Positions 26,625 to 35,610 of a DNA stretch of 64,000 bases are shown in pieces. Position 1 is the stretch's first letter; every line of letters begins with the position of its first letter. This DNA comes from a virus (Duplodnaviria; Caudoviricetes), in IMG/VR virus record IMGVR_UViG_3300025723_000013; one strand, 5' to 3'. Made by a program: the position numbers and the translations under genes. The notes beneath the pieces were generated by a model that was not told the DNA's origin, searched no databases, and was given only the letters and a program-made list of their open reading frames with translations.

Positions 26625-29327
26625 TTATTCAAAGCTAAACAAACTGCTAAACGTATTTTCTTGAGTGGTAGATTCTAGATCCCAATCCAGTACACCGATC
26701 AAATTGTCTAGTTTATTATTAATGATAGCCGATTCCATGGCAGAATGATCAAATGGCAGTTCTTGAAACCACTTGGGTAATCTCAATTCGTCAACCGGAT
26801 ACGCAACGCTGGTAAAGCCAATGGGATTATCTTTAAGTTTGCAAACAATCACCTTCATTCCGTCCACGATTTGCATTGAATACTTGTCGCCATTCATGCG
26901 TCTTAGCGTATTCCAATTGATAGATGCTCTAACATGTCCGGGCATGTTTGCTTTACCTGCTTTTTCTTCCTTGATTTGATATTCAGCAATGTTGTTGGCA
27001 CGTTTAGGACTACCTTTTTCCCAACCCGGGCGTGCCTTGAACTCTGTGCGAAATTCTGAAATCATGTCTAAGATTTCTTTTTCTCCAGAACCGTTCAATA
27101 CTTTATTTAGAATTTCACTAAGGAAGTTTTGCATAAATTCTGGAGTGTCACTTCTTTTAAGATCCAACCCCATGGCTTTGATCTTGCCAGGTTTTCCATC
27201 AATGTCTTGACGTTTTCCGTCTTTGTCATAATAAAGCACAGCATATCTTTTCTTGGTAATGAATAGCCCTTTAATAGCAACGATTTCTCTGCCTGCCCGT
27301 ATAACATCTCCTCGCTTTTTGGGTGTATGAAAGGCATCCAACATCATTTGCGGAAATGTTGAATTAACTTCTTCAGCCACTGTATTATACAGTTGTATCA
27401 CCGTGTCCTTATCCCAAGGCAACAGTCCTTTTTGTATTTCATTTTTTAAGGTAGTGTAGGCAGTAAAATAGGCACTGTCAGTGTCGCCGTAAATAATAGC
27501 CTTGCCAACATGATCATATTCACCGGTGATTATTTCGTTGATCTTGGCCGCCATGTGTTTTGCGATTCTACGACCCGTGAGCGTGGTAGATTGTCCGATC
27601 CTGTTATCAAAAAATCTGCATCCAGCATTGAGAATAGCTCCGTATAGGCTGTTGAGATTGATCTTTTTCACTAGCTGACGTTTATCCCAATATTCCTCTT
27701 GGATTTTATTTCCAGCATCAATGGCTTCTTTGAGCTTTTTCTGCATTTCTTTACGTTCTTTATACCAACGCGCAAGCAAGCCTGGAATAATTCCTTCTTT
27801 TTCAAACGTAAAAATAGTGCCGTTAGCACTTAGTACCCAGGGGTTATTGCTTTCAAAAATCAATTCGTAAATTTGTGCGCCACTCAGCATGTCATGCCGC
27901 CCATCTTCCCAGTCGATGATGATTTCTTTTACTCGATCCTTGGACATGACCAGTTCATATTCATTGCTGCCGAATTTTCCTTCCCAAGCCAGAGCAAATT
28001 TACCACCATTTTTTGCCATCTTGGTTTCAATTTCTAACTTGGTATACTGTTGTCGCAATTGGCCTATAATGGTTTCTGGGCCCATGTTTAATGCGCGAAT
28101 TACGGAAGGATATAGACTGTTGATGTCCATGGATCCAATCCAATCATGTAATCCTTTTTTAGGATAGGCTACATATGCGCCCGCAGCTTTATCATCTGTT
28201 GAACTATTTTCTTCGTCATCATCGATAGATTCTTTGTCTTTTTTTGCTCGACTTGGGACGATTAATCCCAAGTGATGTGCTTCGTTGATAATTGCCTGTT
28301 CGGTCACTGCCACGGCGCCCATGGTAGTTTTGAGTAGCACAGTGTTTTCGTGAGCAATGCTGTTGGCCAAATCAATAAATTTTAATTTTTTATCTAGTTT
28401 ATCTAGCAGTGCGCAGTCTTGCCTATTATATTCAATAAATTTGCGAAAATCATTATTATAAAGTTGATCAAGTGTACCTTCATAGACCGTTTTAGTTTCA
28501 CCTAATTCATAGTCTGCAATGGCATCGAGACGATAACTGTGACGTTCTTCGTATGTGTACTTTCTATAAAGCTCTAGGCTGTCCAGATGTACCCGGCCTA
28601 CCAAATCATATGTCATGGCTGCCTTGCCGTATTTTTCATATTCTCGCTTTTTAGGCATTTGATCCCATAGACAAAATCTACGTGTATCTTCTTTACTAAG
28701 TACCTTGATTACTCGATTAACGGTATAAGGTATATCAAACCCTTCGCTGTTCCATCCGCTGAGTACATCAGCATCGTCGATGAGATTTAAAAACGTGTCC
28801 AACATTTCATATTCTGTTTCAAACAGCATGGTGTTAGGAAATTCTTTTACCTGCTCTTCGGCCTCTGCCATGGTTAATGTTTTAGGCGGTACAGCAAGAC
28901 ATACCAGAGTATCCAACCATTGTAAATGCACAGCGATCGCGGTGATTGGCATAAATGCATCGCTTGGACTAGCATATCCACGTTCTGGATCAAAATCTAC
29001 CTCAATATCAAAGAACGCTACGTTAAGTTTTGGAGCATCTTTTCCTAGATAGTTTTCTTCAAGACATCGAAAAATGGGATTCATATCGCTTTCAAAAAGT
29101 TTGCGATTTCCATGTATGCGTTGTTCCTTGGTATGCTCTTTCCAACTCTTAGATACAACCTTGACCAATGACTGACCAAAGATACTTGTGTATTTGCCTT
29201 TGGGATCTGGATAATAGAAAAGATATCTTGCTGGATATGTTTGATATATTCGACCTTTGATAGGATCACGTTCAACGACATTGACAATATCGCTGTCACG
29301 ATCCCATAAGGAATCTACGTAACTCAT
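26625..29327 (-). CDS. Family B DNA polymerase (T4 gp43-like) with 3'-5' exonuclease
   Basis: Exo FDIEVD, GWNSEGFD, YNRQD; polymerase DINSLYPS, KINLNSLYG, YGDTDS, KKRY, GLDLKRSD. Confidence 0.97.
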   Translation of the reverse strand: MSYVDSLWDRDSDIVNVVERDPIKGRIYQTYPARYLFYYPDPKGKYTSIFGQSLVKVVSKSWKEHTKEQRIHGNRKLFESDMNPIFRCLEENYLGKDAPKLNVAFFDIEVDFDPERGYASPSDAFMPITAIAVHLQWLDTLVCLAVPPKTLTMAEAEEQVKEFPNTMLFETEYEMLDTFLNLIDDADVLSGWNSEGFDIPYTVNRVIKVLSKEDTRRFCLWDQMPKKREYEKYGKAAMTYDLVGRVHLDSLELYRKYTYEERHSYRLDAIADYELGETKTVYEGTLDQLYNNDFRKFIEYNRQDCALLDKLDKKLKFIDLANSIAHENTVLLKTTMGAVAVTEQAIINEAHHLGLIVPSRAKKDKESIDDDEENSSTDDKAAGAYVAYPKKGLHDWIGSMDINSLYPSVIRALNMGPETIIGQLRQQYTKLEIETKMAKNGGKFALAWEGKFGSNEYELVMSKDRVKEIIIDWEDGRHDMLSGAQIYELIFESNNPWVLSANGTIFTFEKEGIIPGLLARWYKERKEMQKKLKEAIDAGNKIQEEYWDKRQLVKKINLNSLYGAILNAGCRFFDNRIGQSTTLTGRRIAKHMAAKINEIITGEYDHVGKAIIYGDTDSAYFTAYTTLKNEIQKGLLPWDKDTVIQLYNTVAEEVNSTFPQMMLDAFHTPKKRGDVIRAGREIVAIKGLFITKKRYAVLYYDKDGKRQDIDGKPGKIKAMGLDLKRSDTPEFMQNFLSEILNKVLNGSGEKEILDMISEFRTEFKARPGWEKGSPKRANNIAEYQIKEEKAGKANMPGHVRASINWNTLRRMNGDKYSMQIVDGMKVIVCKLKDNPIGFTSVAYPVDELRLPKWFQELPFDHSAMESAIINNKLDNLIGVLDWDLESTTQENTFSSLFSFE

Positions 29328-29339
29328 TTTATTCTCCCT

Positions 29340-29385
29340 GTGATTTATGGCTCACGTACCTTGATGCGATCATTTGTGGCTGATC
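29340..29385 (-). promoter_or_regulatory. Tandem hairpins with GCCAYAAA loops just upstream of the polymerase SD (putative translational operator)
   Basis: GATCA-GCCACAAA-TGATC (29385-29368) and GTGA-GCCATAAA-TCAC (29355-29340); SD GGAG at 29337-29334. Confidence 0.65.
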
Positions 29386-29411
29386 AAACCTTTCTCTTGG
29401 TATATTTATTT

Positions 29412-29681
29412 TTATTCGTCGCGTCGTGCAGCATGCCCGGTAATATCAAGGATAGTTTCCAATGTATCAAAACTATTCCAAACTTTATCCCAGTTGCCTT
29501 TTAATGCGATGTTGATGGCTTTTTTGATATCTGCGGCAGAAATATCTAGTTCTTCTGCGATAGCTTTGATCGTATCGTTAAGTCCTTCGTTGAGAACTTG
29601 AATTTCTTGTTTAACTGTCACACCTTCGGATACGATCTGTTTAAGTTTTGCCTTTTCCGGTTCGCCAAATACTTTACTCAT
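29412..29681 (-). CDS. Small helical DNA-binding protein (T4 DsbA/GapR-like)
   Basis: 89 aa, 'LKQIVSEG..EI..LNEGL.DTIKAIAEELDI..ADIKKAI' pattern; own sigma70 promoter. Confidence 0.55.
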   Translation of the reverse strand: MSKVFGEPEKAKLKQIVSEGVTVKQEIQVLNEGLNDTIKAIAEELDISAADIKKAINIALKGNWDKVWNSFDTLETILDITGHAARRDE

Positions 29682-29705
29682 TGTAATTATTCTCCTTGTA
29701 GAGAT

Positions 29706-29734
29706 AATATACTGTATTTGTCATTAACAGTCAA
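29706..29734 (-). promoter_or_regulatory. sigma70-type promoter for the DsbA-like gene and polymerase
   Basis: TTGACT (29734-29729), 17 nt, TATTAT (29711-29706). Confidence 0.7.
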
Positions 29735-30243
29735 CGATGGTTTCGGTTGATTGATTCTCTTGTGTGATGGATTTCGCCTTCTTCATGATTGCTAATTATA
29801 TAATCAACCACATTTACCAACATTCCTTTGGCTTGCGCGATTTTTTCAATTACCCATACCGGAAGTTTTTCATTTGGCTCTAGTGTATCACTTAACTCGG
29901 TTGAAACTCTCACAATGGTGTCAAGATCATTATGTATCATGCCAACTTCGTCATCGTATTCGCCATCATAATTATCTCTTTGATGCATTAGATCATCCAA
30001 TGCTTCTGATAATCCATTAATTTTTTTGGTAAGATGTGAAATTTCATCACGATAAACATTATTTTTTTCTTCCTGTAGTTTCTGATTCAAAGAAACTTCT
30101 AGATGTTCAGCAAAACTGAGAGAATTTTTATACTTGGATTCTCCTCTTTTTTCAGCTGCTTTTTTATCTTTATGCGGTCCAGATCCTGACGATCTTGAAT
30201 TTTTAGCTACAGGATTGTTTTTAGTTGGTGTTTTCTTTTTCAT
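29731..30243 (-). CDS. Hypothetical protein, probable internal head protein
   Basis: Lys-rich N-terminus, LQEE/HLE Glu motifs, helical C-domain; in the head-protein-like cluster. Confidence 0.6.
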   Translation of the reverse strand: MKKKTPTKNNPVAKNSRSSGSGPHKDKKAAEKRGESKYKNSLSFAEHLEVSLNQKLQEEKNNVYRDEISHLTKKINGLSEALDDLMHQRDNYDGEYDDEVGMIHNDLDTIVRVSTELSDTLEPNEKLPVWVIEKIAQAKGMLVNVVDYIISNHEEGEIHHTRESINRNHR

Positions 30244-30249
30244 AATTTT

Positions 30250-30750
30250 TTATCTCTTTATTGGAGCGCCAAAAATACTGCCCTTCATATCTAATCCATT
30301 TTTCGCAGTTCCATCTTTGTTTTTGGGTTGAATCGCTTTGGGCTGCGGAGGCGCTTTGGTTCCGCTATGTCCCGGAGTTCCTGTGTAGGATTTCTTACCT
30401 CTAGCGGAGCCAGGACTCAGTTGAGGATTTGGTACACTGGCAATACTGCCGGAGCTGGTAGCGCCAGCTGTGGCTGATTCGGTAACCGTATGCTCGTAGT
30501 TTTGTAACCAATTTTTAAATTGTTCAAAATTAAATTTACCACTTTGTATCAATCGAAAAATTTCTTCAAGACTCAATGCGGATTGATCCTCATTGCCTGA
30601 TCCTGATGCCCAGGCAGGAGTTCTTCTTGAAGGATAAGAATCTGTGCCATGATTGACTTTGGTTCCTAAACCAGTTCCGGGACCAGCAAGACTGTTGGCG
30701 TTGTATAATTCCGTTAACTCTGCACGGCTGATGATATTTTCAATCTTCAT
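30250..30750 (-). CDS. Hypothetical protein, probable internal head protein
   Basis: Likely start MKIENI at 30750; VTE-SATAGATSSG motif; Lys/Pro-rich tail. Confidence 0.6.
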   Translation of the reverse strand: MKIENIISRAELTELYNANSLAGPGTGLGTKVNHGTDSYPSRRTPAWASGSGNEDQSALSLEEIFRLIQSGKFNFEQFKNWLQNYEHTVTESATAGATSSGSIASVPNPQLSPGSARGKKSYTGTPGHSGTKAPPQPKAIQPKNKDGTAKNGLDMKGSIFGAPIKR

Positions 30751-31105
30751 TTTTATTCCATTGATTAACAGGACTGACTTTATGTACATCGCCGGCTTCT
30801 TTGCTGCCTTTATTAGACAATGTTTTTTGTTTGTAACCAAATTTCTTAATACTTTTATCAATAATTACATTATCGGCCGGAGAATATCCTACCATGACCA
30901 TGTCATCAACAAATTGACCGGTTGGAGGATAATCAAATTCGTCATCCGGAGCTCCTGCCATCATCACTCCTAATCTATATTTGTGATAATAGTTGTGAGG
31001 TCCATTGGGATCGGCCGGAACTCCCACGCTTGATACATTGGGGATGGCTTCTTTTTGATCCGATGCCCATGTTTGAGATTCTGTTAAAAGTTCGGAGATT
31101 TTCAT
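30740..31105 (-). CDS. Probable internal head protein, paralog A
   Basis: N-terminus MKISELLTE; paralogous to 31102-31527. Confidence 0.65.
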   Translation of the reverse strand: MKISELLTESQTWASDQKEAIPNVSSVGVPADPNGPHNYYHKYRLGVMMAGAPDDEFDYPPTGQFVDDMVMVGYSPADNVIIDKSIKKFGYKQKTLSNKGSKEAGDVHKVSPVNQWNKNED

Positions 31106-31527
31106 TTCTTTTTCTTTTTAACTGTATTTTTAGGTAGGCCCGGATTCCAATTATTTACAGGACTTTTGGTATGCACCTGTTTATGTTCGGAGCTTTTATT
31201 AGCAGTCACATTGATCATGCGCCCGGCTCCTACCATGTCAGCTGCATTTTTAACCATGCCTACTTCGTGATCCGAGTAGGTGGTTATCATGGGATCACCT
31301 GCCATGGCACTTGCCGGCGGAGTAGGATAACTTTTATTTTTATCGCTGTGCGCTCCTGCCAGAGCCAAACCAAATCGATATTGAGTGTATGCACTGCCGC
31401 TGCTATTGTTCATGCTGATATCGGGCAAACTAATGTACCCTTTAATGGCAGTTTCGTGACCCGGAGGTAATGTCTTGGCGCTTGCTGTAGTATCTTTTAT
31501 CTCGTTTATAAATTCTCTGGCTCGCAT
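31102..31527 (-). CDS. Probable internal head protein, paralog B
   Basis: N-terminus MRAREFINE (T4 capsid-targeting-like); paralogous to 30740-31105. Confidence 0.65.
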   Translation of the reverse strand: MRAREFINEIKDTTASAKTLPPGHETAIKGYISLPDISMNNSSGSAYTQYRFGLALAGAHSDKNKSYPTPPASAMAGDPMITTYSDHEVGMVKNAADMVGAGRMINVTANKSSEHKQVHTKSPVNNWNPGLPKNTVKKKKK

Positions 31528-31530
31528 AAT

Positions 31531-31971
31531 TTATCCTTGTTTAATACTGCTTCTCAAGAACCATTCGTGTTTGAGATGAGCGTTTATTCTTTCAGCAAGG
31601 AAATTGCTTAATCCATGTTCACCTGCAGCCTCTGCGGCATCATAATTTTTCTTTAATATAATCTGCATTTTTTGACTGTCCAAAACAAGTTCTTCAACCA
31701 TTTCTTCCTTGCTAGGAACACGTCCTTCGTCATCAATTTTTGTCAATATATTCATATTGTAATAATTAGCAGGTACATAAGCACCTAATTTGCGGATGTT
31801 TTCGGCATAGGGATCTACAGCTTCATACACTTCTTCATATATTTTTTGGAAAAGTTTGTGAAATTCATAAAAATCAGGTCCTTCCACATTCCAATGAAAT
31901 CCGTGAACTTTTGTATAAAAATTAAAAGTAGCAGCAAGCCCAATACGGGTCAATTGAATAAGTTCGTTCAT
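31531..31971 (-). CDS. dps: Dps (ferritin-like DNA protection protein)
   Basis: HGFHWNVEGPDFYEFHKLF, D..AENIRKLG, HLKHEWFLRS ferroxidase-centre motifs. Confidence 0.92.
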   Translation of the reverse strand: MNELIQLTRIGLAATFNFYTKVHGFHWNVEGPDFYEFHKLFQKIYEEVYEAVDPYAENIRKLGAYVPANYYNMNILTKIDDEGRVPSKEEMVEELVLDSQKMQIILKKNYDAAEAAGEHGLSNFLAERINAHLKHEWFLRSSIKQG

Positions 31972-31972
31972 A

Positions 31973-34255
31973 TTAGGTCTCTTTATCTATAGGTTTTTCA
32001 CCGGTCATAAAAGGCAGGCTGAACCATAATCTAAACCATTCCGGAGTTCCGGGCTGAATATTATTTTCTTTCATAATTTTAGCCTTTTCCTCAGCGGTAA
32101 CAGATATATTACTACCTTTATTTATTTGTTTTTGATGCTCTCGATATTCTGCCAATCTTGATTCGGCATTTAATCCTGCAAGATATTGTATGATTTTTAA
32201 TTCATTGATAGGATCGTCTGGCGAAATGTATGCATCTGCAACATCGGATTTGTCAATATTTTCCGAGGTGATTTTATACTGTTTTAGAAATCTCTGCGAT
32301 TCGTTGAGTATATTTTTTCCTTTATCACTTTGTGCGGTATCTTCCGACATGCCTTGATTTTTGGGTTTTTTATGATGCTTTTTCATATTGATAGCAATCG
32401 CAGCCTGCTGTGCCGGACTGCTGGCTTCTTTGGTGGCAACGTTAATTGCTTTACCCTTGCGCTCAGGATTGGGATCTTGGTCACGTTTTCTCTTAGCAGC
32501 GGATGCACGCCCTTTTGGCCCCAAACTGTGTGCCTTGCTTTGGGGCAGACATTTGGGCTTGCCTTCGCTGCTGCTGCCTCTAGCGCAGTCACCGCGAATT
32601 TTTCCATCGGGTCCAAATCGGACCCATTTGTCTTTGAACCATTGATGCAAATTTTCATCTAAATTTTTACGATTAATTTCTGTACTTTCGTTTTTGGTTC
32701 CCCAGTTTTTAGCGCCTTTCTTGCGGCACTTGACCAAAGCACCGCTGGCATACGCACTGGGCCAAACTTTGTATCGACTTTTGACCTTGTAATAGCAGGC
32801 ATCTTGTTTTTCATGCAGCATTGTTTCGGGATACATAGCATCCCCGCACTCTGGACATTGTTCCACTTTATGCAGTGTTGTGTTGCCGTGTGTTTCGCAC
32901 ATGCCACAATCGGGACAAGTCATTTCCATTTCTATGCTTTCCGAGTGTTTTTTCTTACCTGCACAATGAGCTTTTTGACTGAATCCTTTGGGATGACTGC
33001 AATTGATACTGCGTTTGTATTTTTGACTCCATTTTTCTTCAAGTGTTTCTACATTTTCATTATAGTGATCATATTTGTCGCGTATATTATCTAATCGCTT
33101 TTCACTTGCACCTTCTCTGCCAGCTTTGGCCAATGCCTTCATGCCTTTCTTGCCGTATTTCATTATGCCTTTAGCAGCTCGACTCATGGATCCTTCGTCG
33201 ACTTCTTTTTTGTCGGTTAAAGGACCGCCAGTTACCCAGGCATCGCATGTTCTACGACTGGCGCATTTGAATTTTAAAAATCTGCAATAGCCCAAATCGC
33301 CTGCATCTATGGTGGGATCTTTGGATCCTTGAGTTGATCCTATGCCTTTGGCGATACAATCTAGGGTGGCTTTGCGTTGATCAAATGCTGCGCAGTTGCC
33401 GCATAAACTTTGCTTGGCTTCATCTGGTGAATCCAAATTCCACTCTTCCACTTTCATCATCCAAAATTTCTTGTTAGGAAGATCTGGATTGAGCGGACCA
33501 TAACCGTATTGATCTATGGCTTTTTGTCTATTCTCAAGATTAATGGATATATCCTGTGTGGCAGGAGGACATTTATTTTCAGTGGCCTCGGTTACCTTTT
33601 GCTGTTTAATCCAGTTGTCTGGAACTGCATGATGCTTTTTGACAAAATCGTCATGCAATTTATCTCCAGTGAGATGGTATTTGTGACATATATTTTGCAT
33701 TATCTTATCTATTCTACTATAGCTTAGTTTTTCATTTGCATCTTTAGCTGCTAATAATGCTTTTTCTAATGCATTAACAGCTCCGGGCTTTTCTGCTCCT
33801 GATGCATGTTTAGGATTCATGATATCTTCATCTCTATCCTCTGGGATTCCCTTGGATAGATCTACATATTTGTTTTTTTTACTTTGACCCATGACGTTGA
33901 CTTTGTTAGGAAATTTGTCTGAAAATTCATCTTTAACAGGAAACCAAAACATCCTTGCAGGGTGAGGATCTCCTCGTGTAGCTTCAGCAGGATCTCCTTC
34001 GTCAAGTGCTTGAGACATTTCAGCGGTTTTCTTTTCTAACAATGCGATCATTTTGGCCATTTCTACCTCTAATGATTCCTCAAGATTGACATAACGATCA
34101 GGAGTTTTGGCATTTTCTAAACGATAATGGCCGCCGTTGACTGGTCCTCTATTGTACGGACTATCTGGCATGGAAGGAGGAGACATTTGAGACTGACCAA
34201 CTTCCTTGATCTTTTTTTCTTTTTTTGTTCTGTTTTTTTGAGATTTATTACTCAT
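31973..34255 (-). CDS. Mosaic basic/Cys-rich multi-module protein, probable internal head polyprotein
   Basis: 760 aa of short Lys/Cys-rich modules separated by Glu-rich linkers. Confidence 0.6.
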   Translation of the reverse strand: MSNKSQKNRTKKEKKIKEVGQSQMSPPSMPDSPYNRGPVNGGHYRLENAKTPDRYVNLEESLEVEMAKMIALLEKKTAEMSQALDEGDPAEATRGDPHPARMFWFPVKDEFSDKFPNKVNVMGQSKKNKYVDLSKGIPEDRDEDIMNPKHASGAEKPGAVNALEKALLAAKDANEKLSYSRIDKIMQNICHKYHLTGDKLHDDFVKKHHAVPDNWIKQQKVTEATENKCPPATQDISINLENRQKAIDQYGYGPLNPDLPNKKFWMMKVEEWNLDSPDEAKQSLCGNCAAFDQRKATLDCIAKGIGSTQGSKDPTIDAGDLGYCRFLKFKCASRRTCDAWVTGGPLTDKKEVDEGSMSRAAKGIMKYGKKGMKALAKAGREGASEKRLDNIRDKYDHYNENVETLEEKWSQKYKRSINCSHPKGFSQKAHCAGKKKHSESIEMEMTCPDCGMCETHGNTTLHKVEQCPECGDAMYPETMLHEKQDACYYKVKSRYKVWPSAYASGALVKCRKKGAKNWGTKNESTEINRKNLDENLHQWFKDKWVRFGPDGKIRGDCARGSSSEGKPKCLPQSKAHSLGPKGRASAAKRKRDQDPNPERKGKAINVATKEASSPAQQAAIAINMKKHHKKPKNQGMSEDTAQSDKGKNILNESQRFLKQYKITSENIDKSDVADAYISPDDPINELKIIQYLAGLNAESRLAEYREHQKQINKGSNISVTAEEKAKIMKENNIQPGTPEWFRLWFSLPFMTGEKPIDKET

Positions 34256-34258
34256 TTT

Positions 34259-34675
34259 TTATAATCCTAGATCGTATTCGCCTTTGGCGATATCTTCGTG
34301 ATGTTGATCAGCTAATCTTTTGCAAAGTTCCAATCGCATTTCTCGAGTGAACAAATCATCCGGATGTCCTTGCAATTGACTTTTTTTATAAAATTCTTTG
34401 CAGCCTGCCTTGACCATGGGCATCCATTTTTTGACATAATCGCCGTGATTGAATTCTTTGTTTTTTTGTTTACTATAGATTTCTTGTGCCAGCGGCATAA
34501 AATGTTCTTTATGTAAGTCGTCGTTATCCAAAATAAACCAATATAGTTCATCCATAAGATGTTCGTCGGCAATTTTGGTTTTTCCGTTTAGATCATCACG
34601 TGGATCGTGGTTATCTTTGGATTTTTTAACTTGATGCTTGGTATCTATATTACCAAAAAATTCATTTAGATTCAT
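34259..34675 (-). CDS. Hypothetical protein, possible internal head protein
   Basis: Likely start MNLNEFFG at 34675, just after the upstream stop. Confidence 0.6.
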   Translation of the reverse strand: MNLNEFFGNIDTKHQVKKSKDNHDPRDDLNGKTKIADEHLMDELYWFILDNDDLHKEHFMPLAQEIYSKQKNKEFNHGDYVKKWMPMVKAGCKEFYKKSQLQGHPDDLFTREMRLELCKRLADQHHEDIAKGEYDLGL

Positions 34676-34682
34676 ATAGTTC

Positions 34683-35105
34683 TCACTTGTCACATTTTCC
34701 GCAGCACTGTGGAGTTCCGCAATTTTCATGCACACTTTCGCGAAGATCTGTGTCGTGTAATTGTTCAAGTTGATTGTGTATTTCTCTCAGTTCTTCTTTG
34801 AAAACCTCGTCCAATCTATATATTTCCGCTTCCAAACTGTTAGTGATATTTCTTATTTGATCAGATTGATCGATAAATTTATATTCTTCTAGTCCAACTT
34901 GTGCACCAATTTTTTTAACATTGGCAACAATGTCTGTTGGAACGGTATAATATCTAATTTCTTTAATAACAGATTTAGCGCGATTTCTAGCATCGGTTAT
35001 ATCGCTAACTCTTTTTTCTAATTCTCTAATCTGTTTTTTAGTTTCGGAAAGAGCCTCGGAAACGACAGGTTTTGATTCTTTTAATTTTAAATCACGCATC
35101 TTCAT
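34683..35105 (-). CDS. Hypothetical coiled-coil protein
   Basis: Start MKMRDLKLKE at 35105 with SD GGAG and TAAATA (35134-35129); Cys-rich C-tip. Confidence 0.6.
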   Translation of the reverse strand: MKMRDLKLKESKPVVSEALSETKKQIRELEKRVSDITDARNRAKSVIKEIRYYTVPTDIVANVKKIGAQVGLEEYKFIDQSDQIRNITNSLEAEIYRLDEVFKEELREIHNQLEQLHDTDLRESVHENCGTPQCCGKCDK

Positions 35106-35156
35106 AAAATACTCCAACGATTTTGTAGTATTTATGTGATTAGATTGGTTAGCAAA

Positions 35157-35609
35157 CTAGTGATTGTAATTGATAAATTCTACCGTACCATTGGGTTGAT
35201 CGGTAGTTCGATTGACCACAGCGCGTACCCAAACAAAATTGCCTGTAAAATTAACATAATTGGTAGTGGTGGTAGCGGGAATAATGGGATAAAGATAGGT
35301 CACAGCGGTATTTGTAACCGGAAACCAATCACTGGGACCAGGCAAAGTGGCCAATGTGGCCTGCATACTCAATGTGCCTGCAAAGTTGGGAGTAACGGTG
35401 TATGTTACGGTGTGTAATCCGTCAGCCATGCTGTAGTATCCGTCGCCGTGTTGCGGAATCGAATAAAAATTGGTTGAACCGTCAGCAGCATAGTATGCAG
35501 AAGGAATAGCTACAGAAGTAGCTGTCAAATATGAAGGCTGCATGGGAGGAACACAGGTTGCTGTTCCTAGCATAATCACAAATTGAAATTGAGAACTTAG
35601 TGCTGTCAT
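35157..35609 (-). CDS. Small beta-sandwich structural-type protein
   Basis: 150 aa, Thr-rich, 'NFTGNFVWVRA'; TAAATA 6 nt upstream. Confidence 0.55.
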   Translation of the reverse strand: MTALSSQFQFVIMLGTATCVPPMQPSYLTATSVAIPSAYYAADGSTNFYSIPQHGDGYYSMADGLHTVTYTVTPNFAGTLSMQATLATLPGPSDWFPVTNTAVTYLYPIIPATTTTNYVNFTGNFVWVRAVVNRTTDQPNGTVEFINYNH

Positions 35610-35610
35610 G

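Noticed and set aside
26625-29327. Intein or insertion in the polymerase (acidic stretch near KKDKESIDDDEENSSTDDK)
   Set aside because: It is only a short low-complexity linker; total length is normal and no intein motifs are seen.
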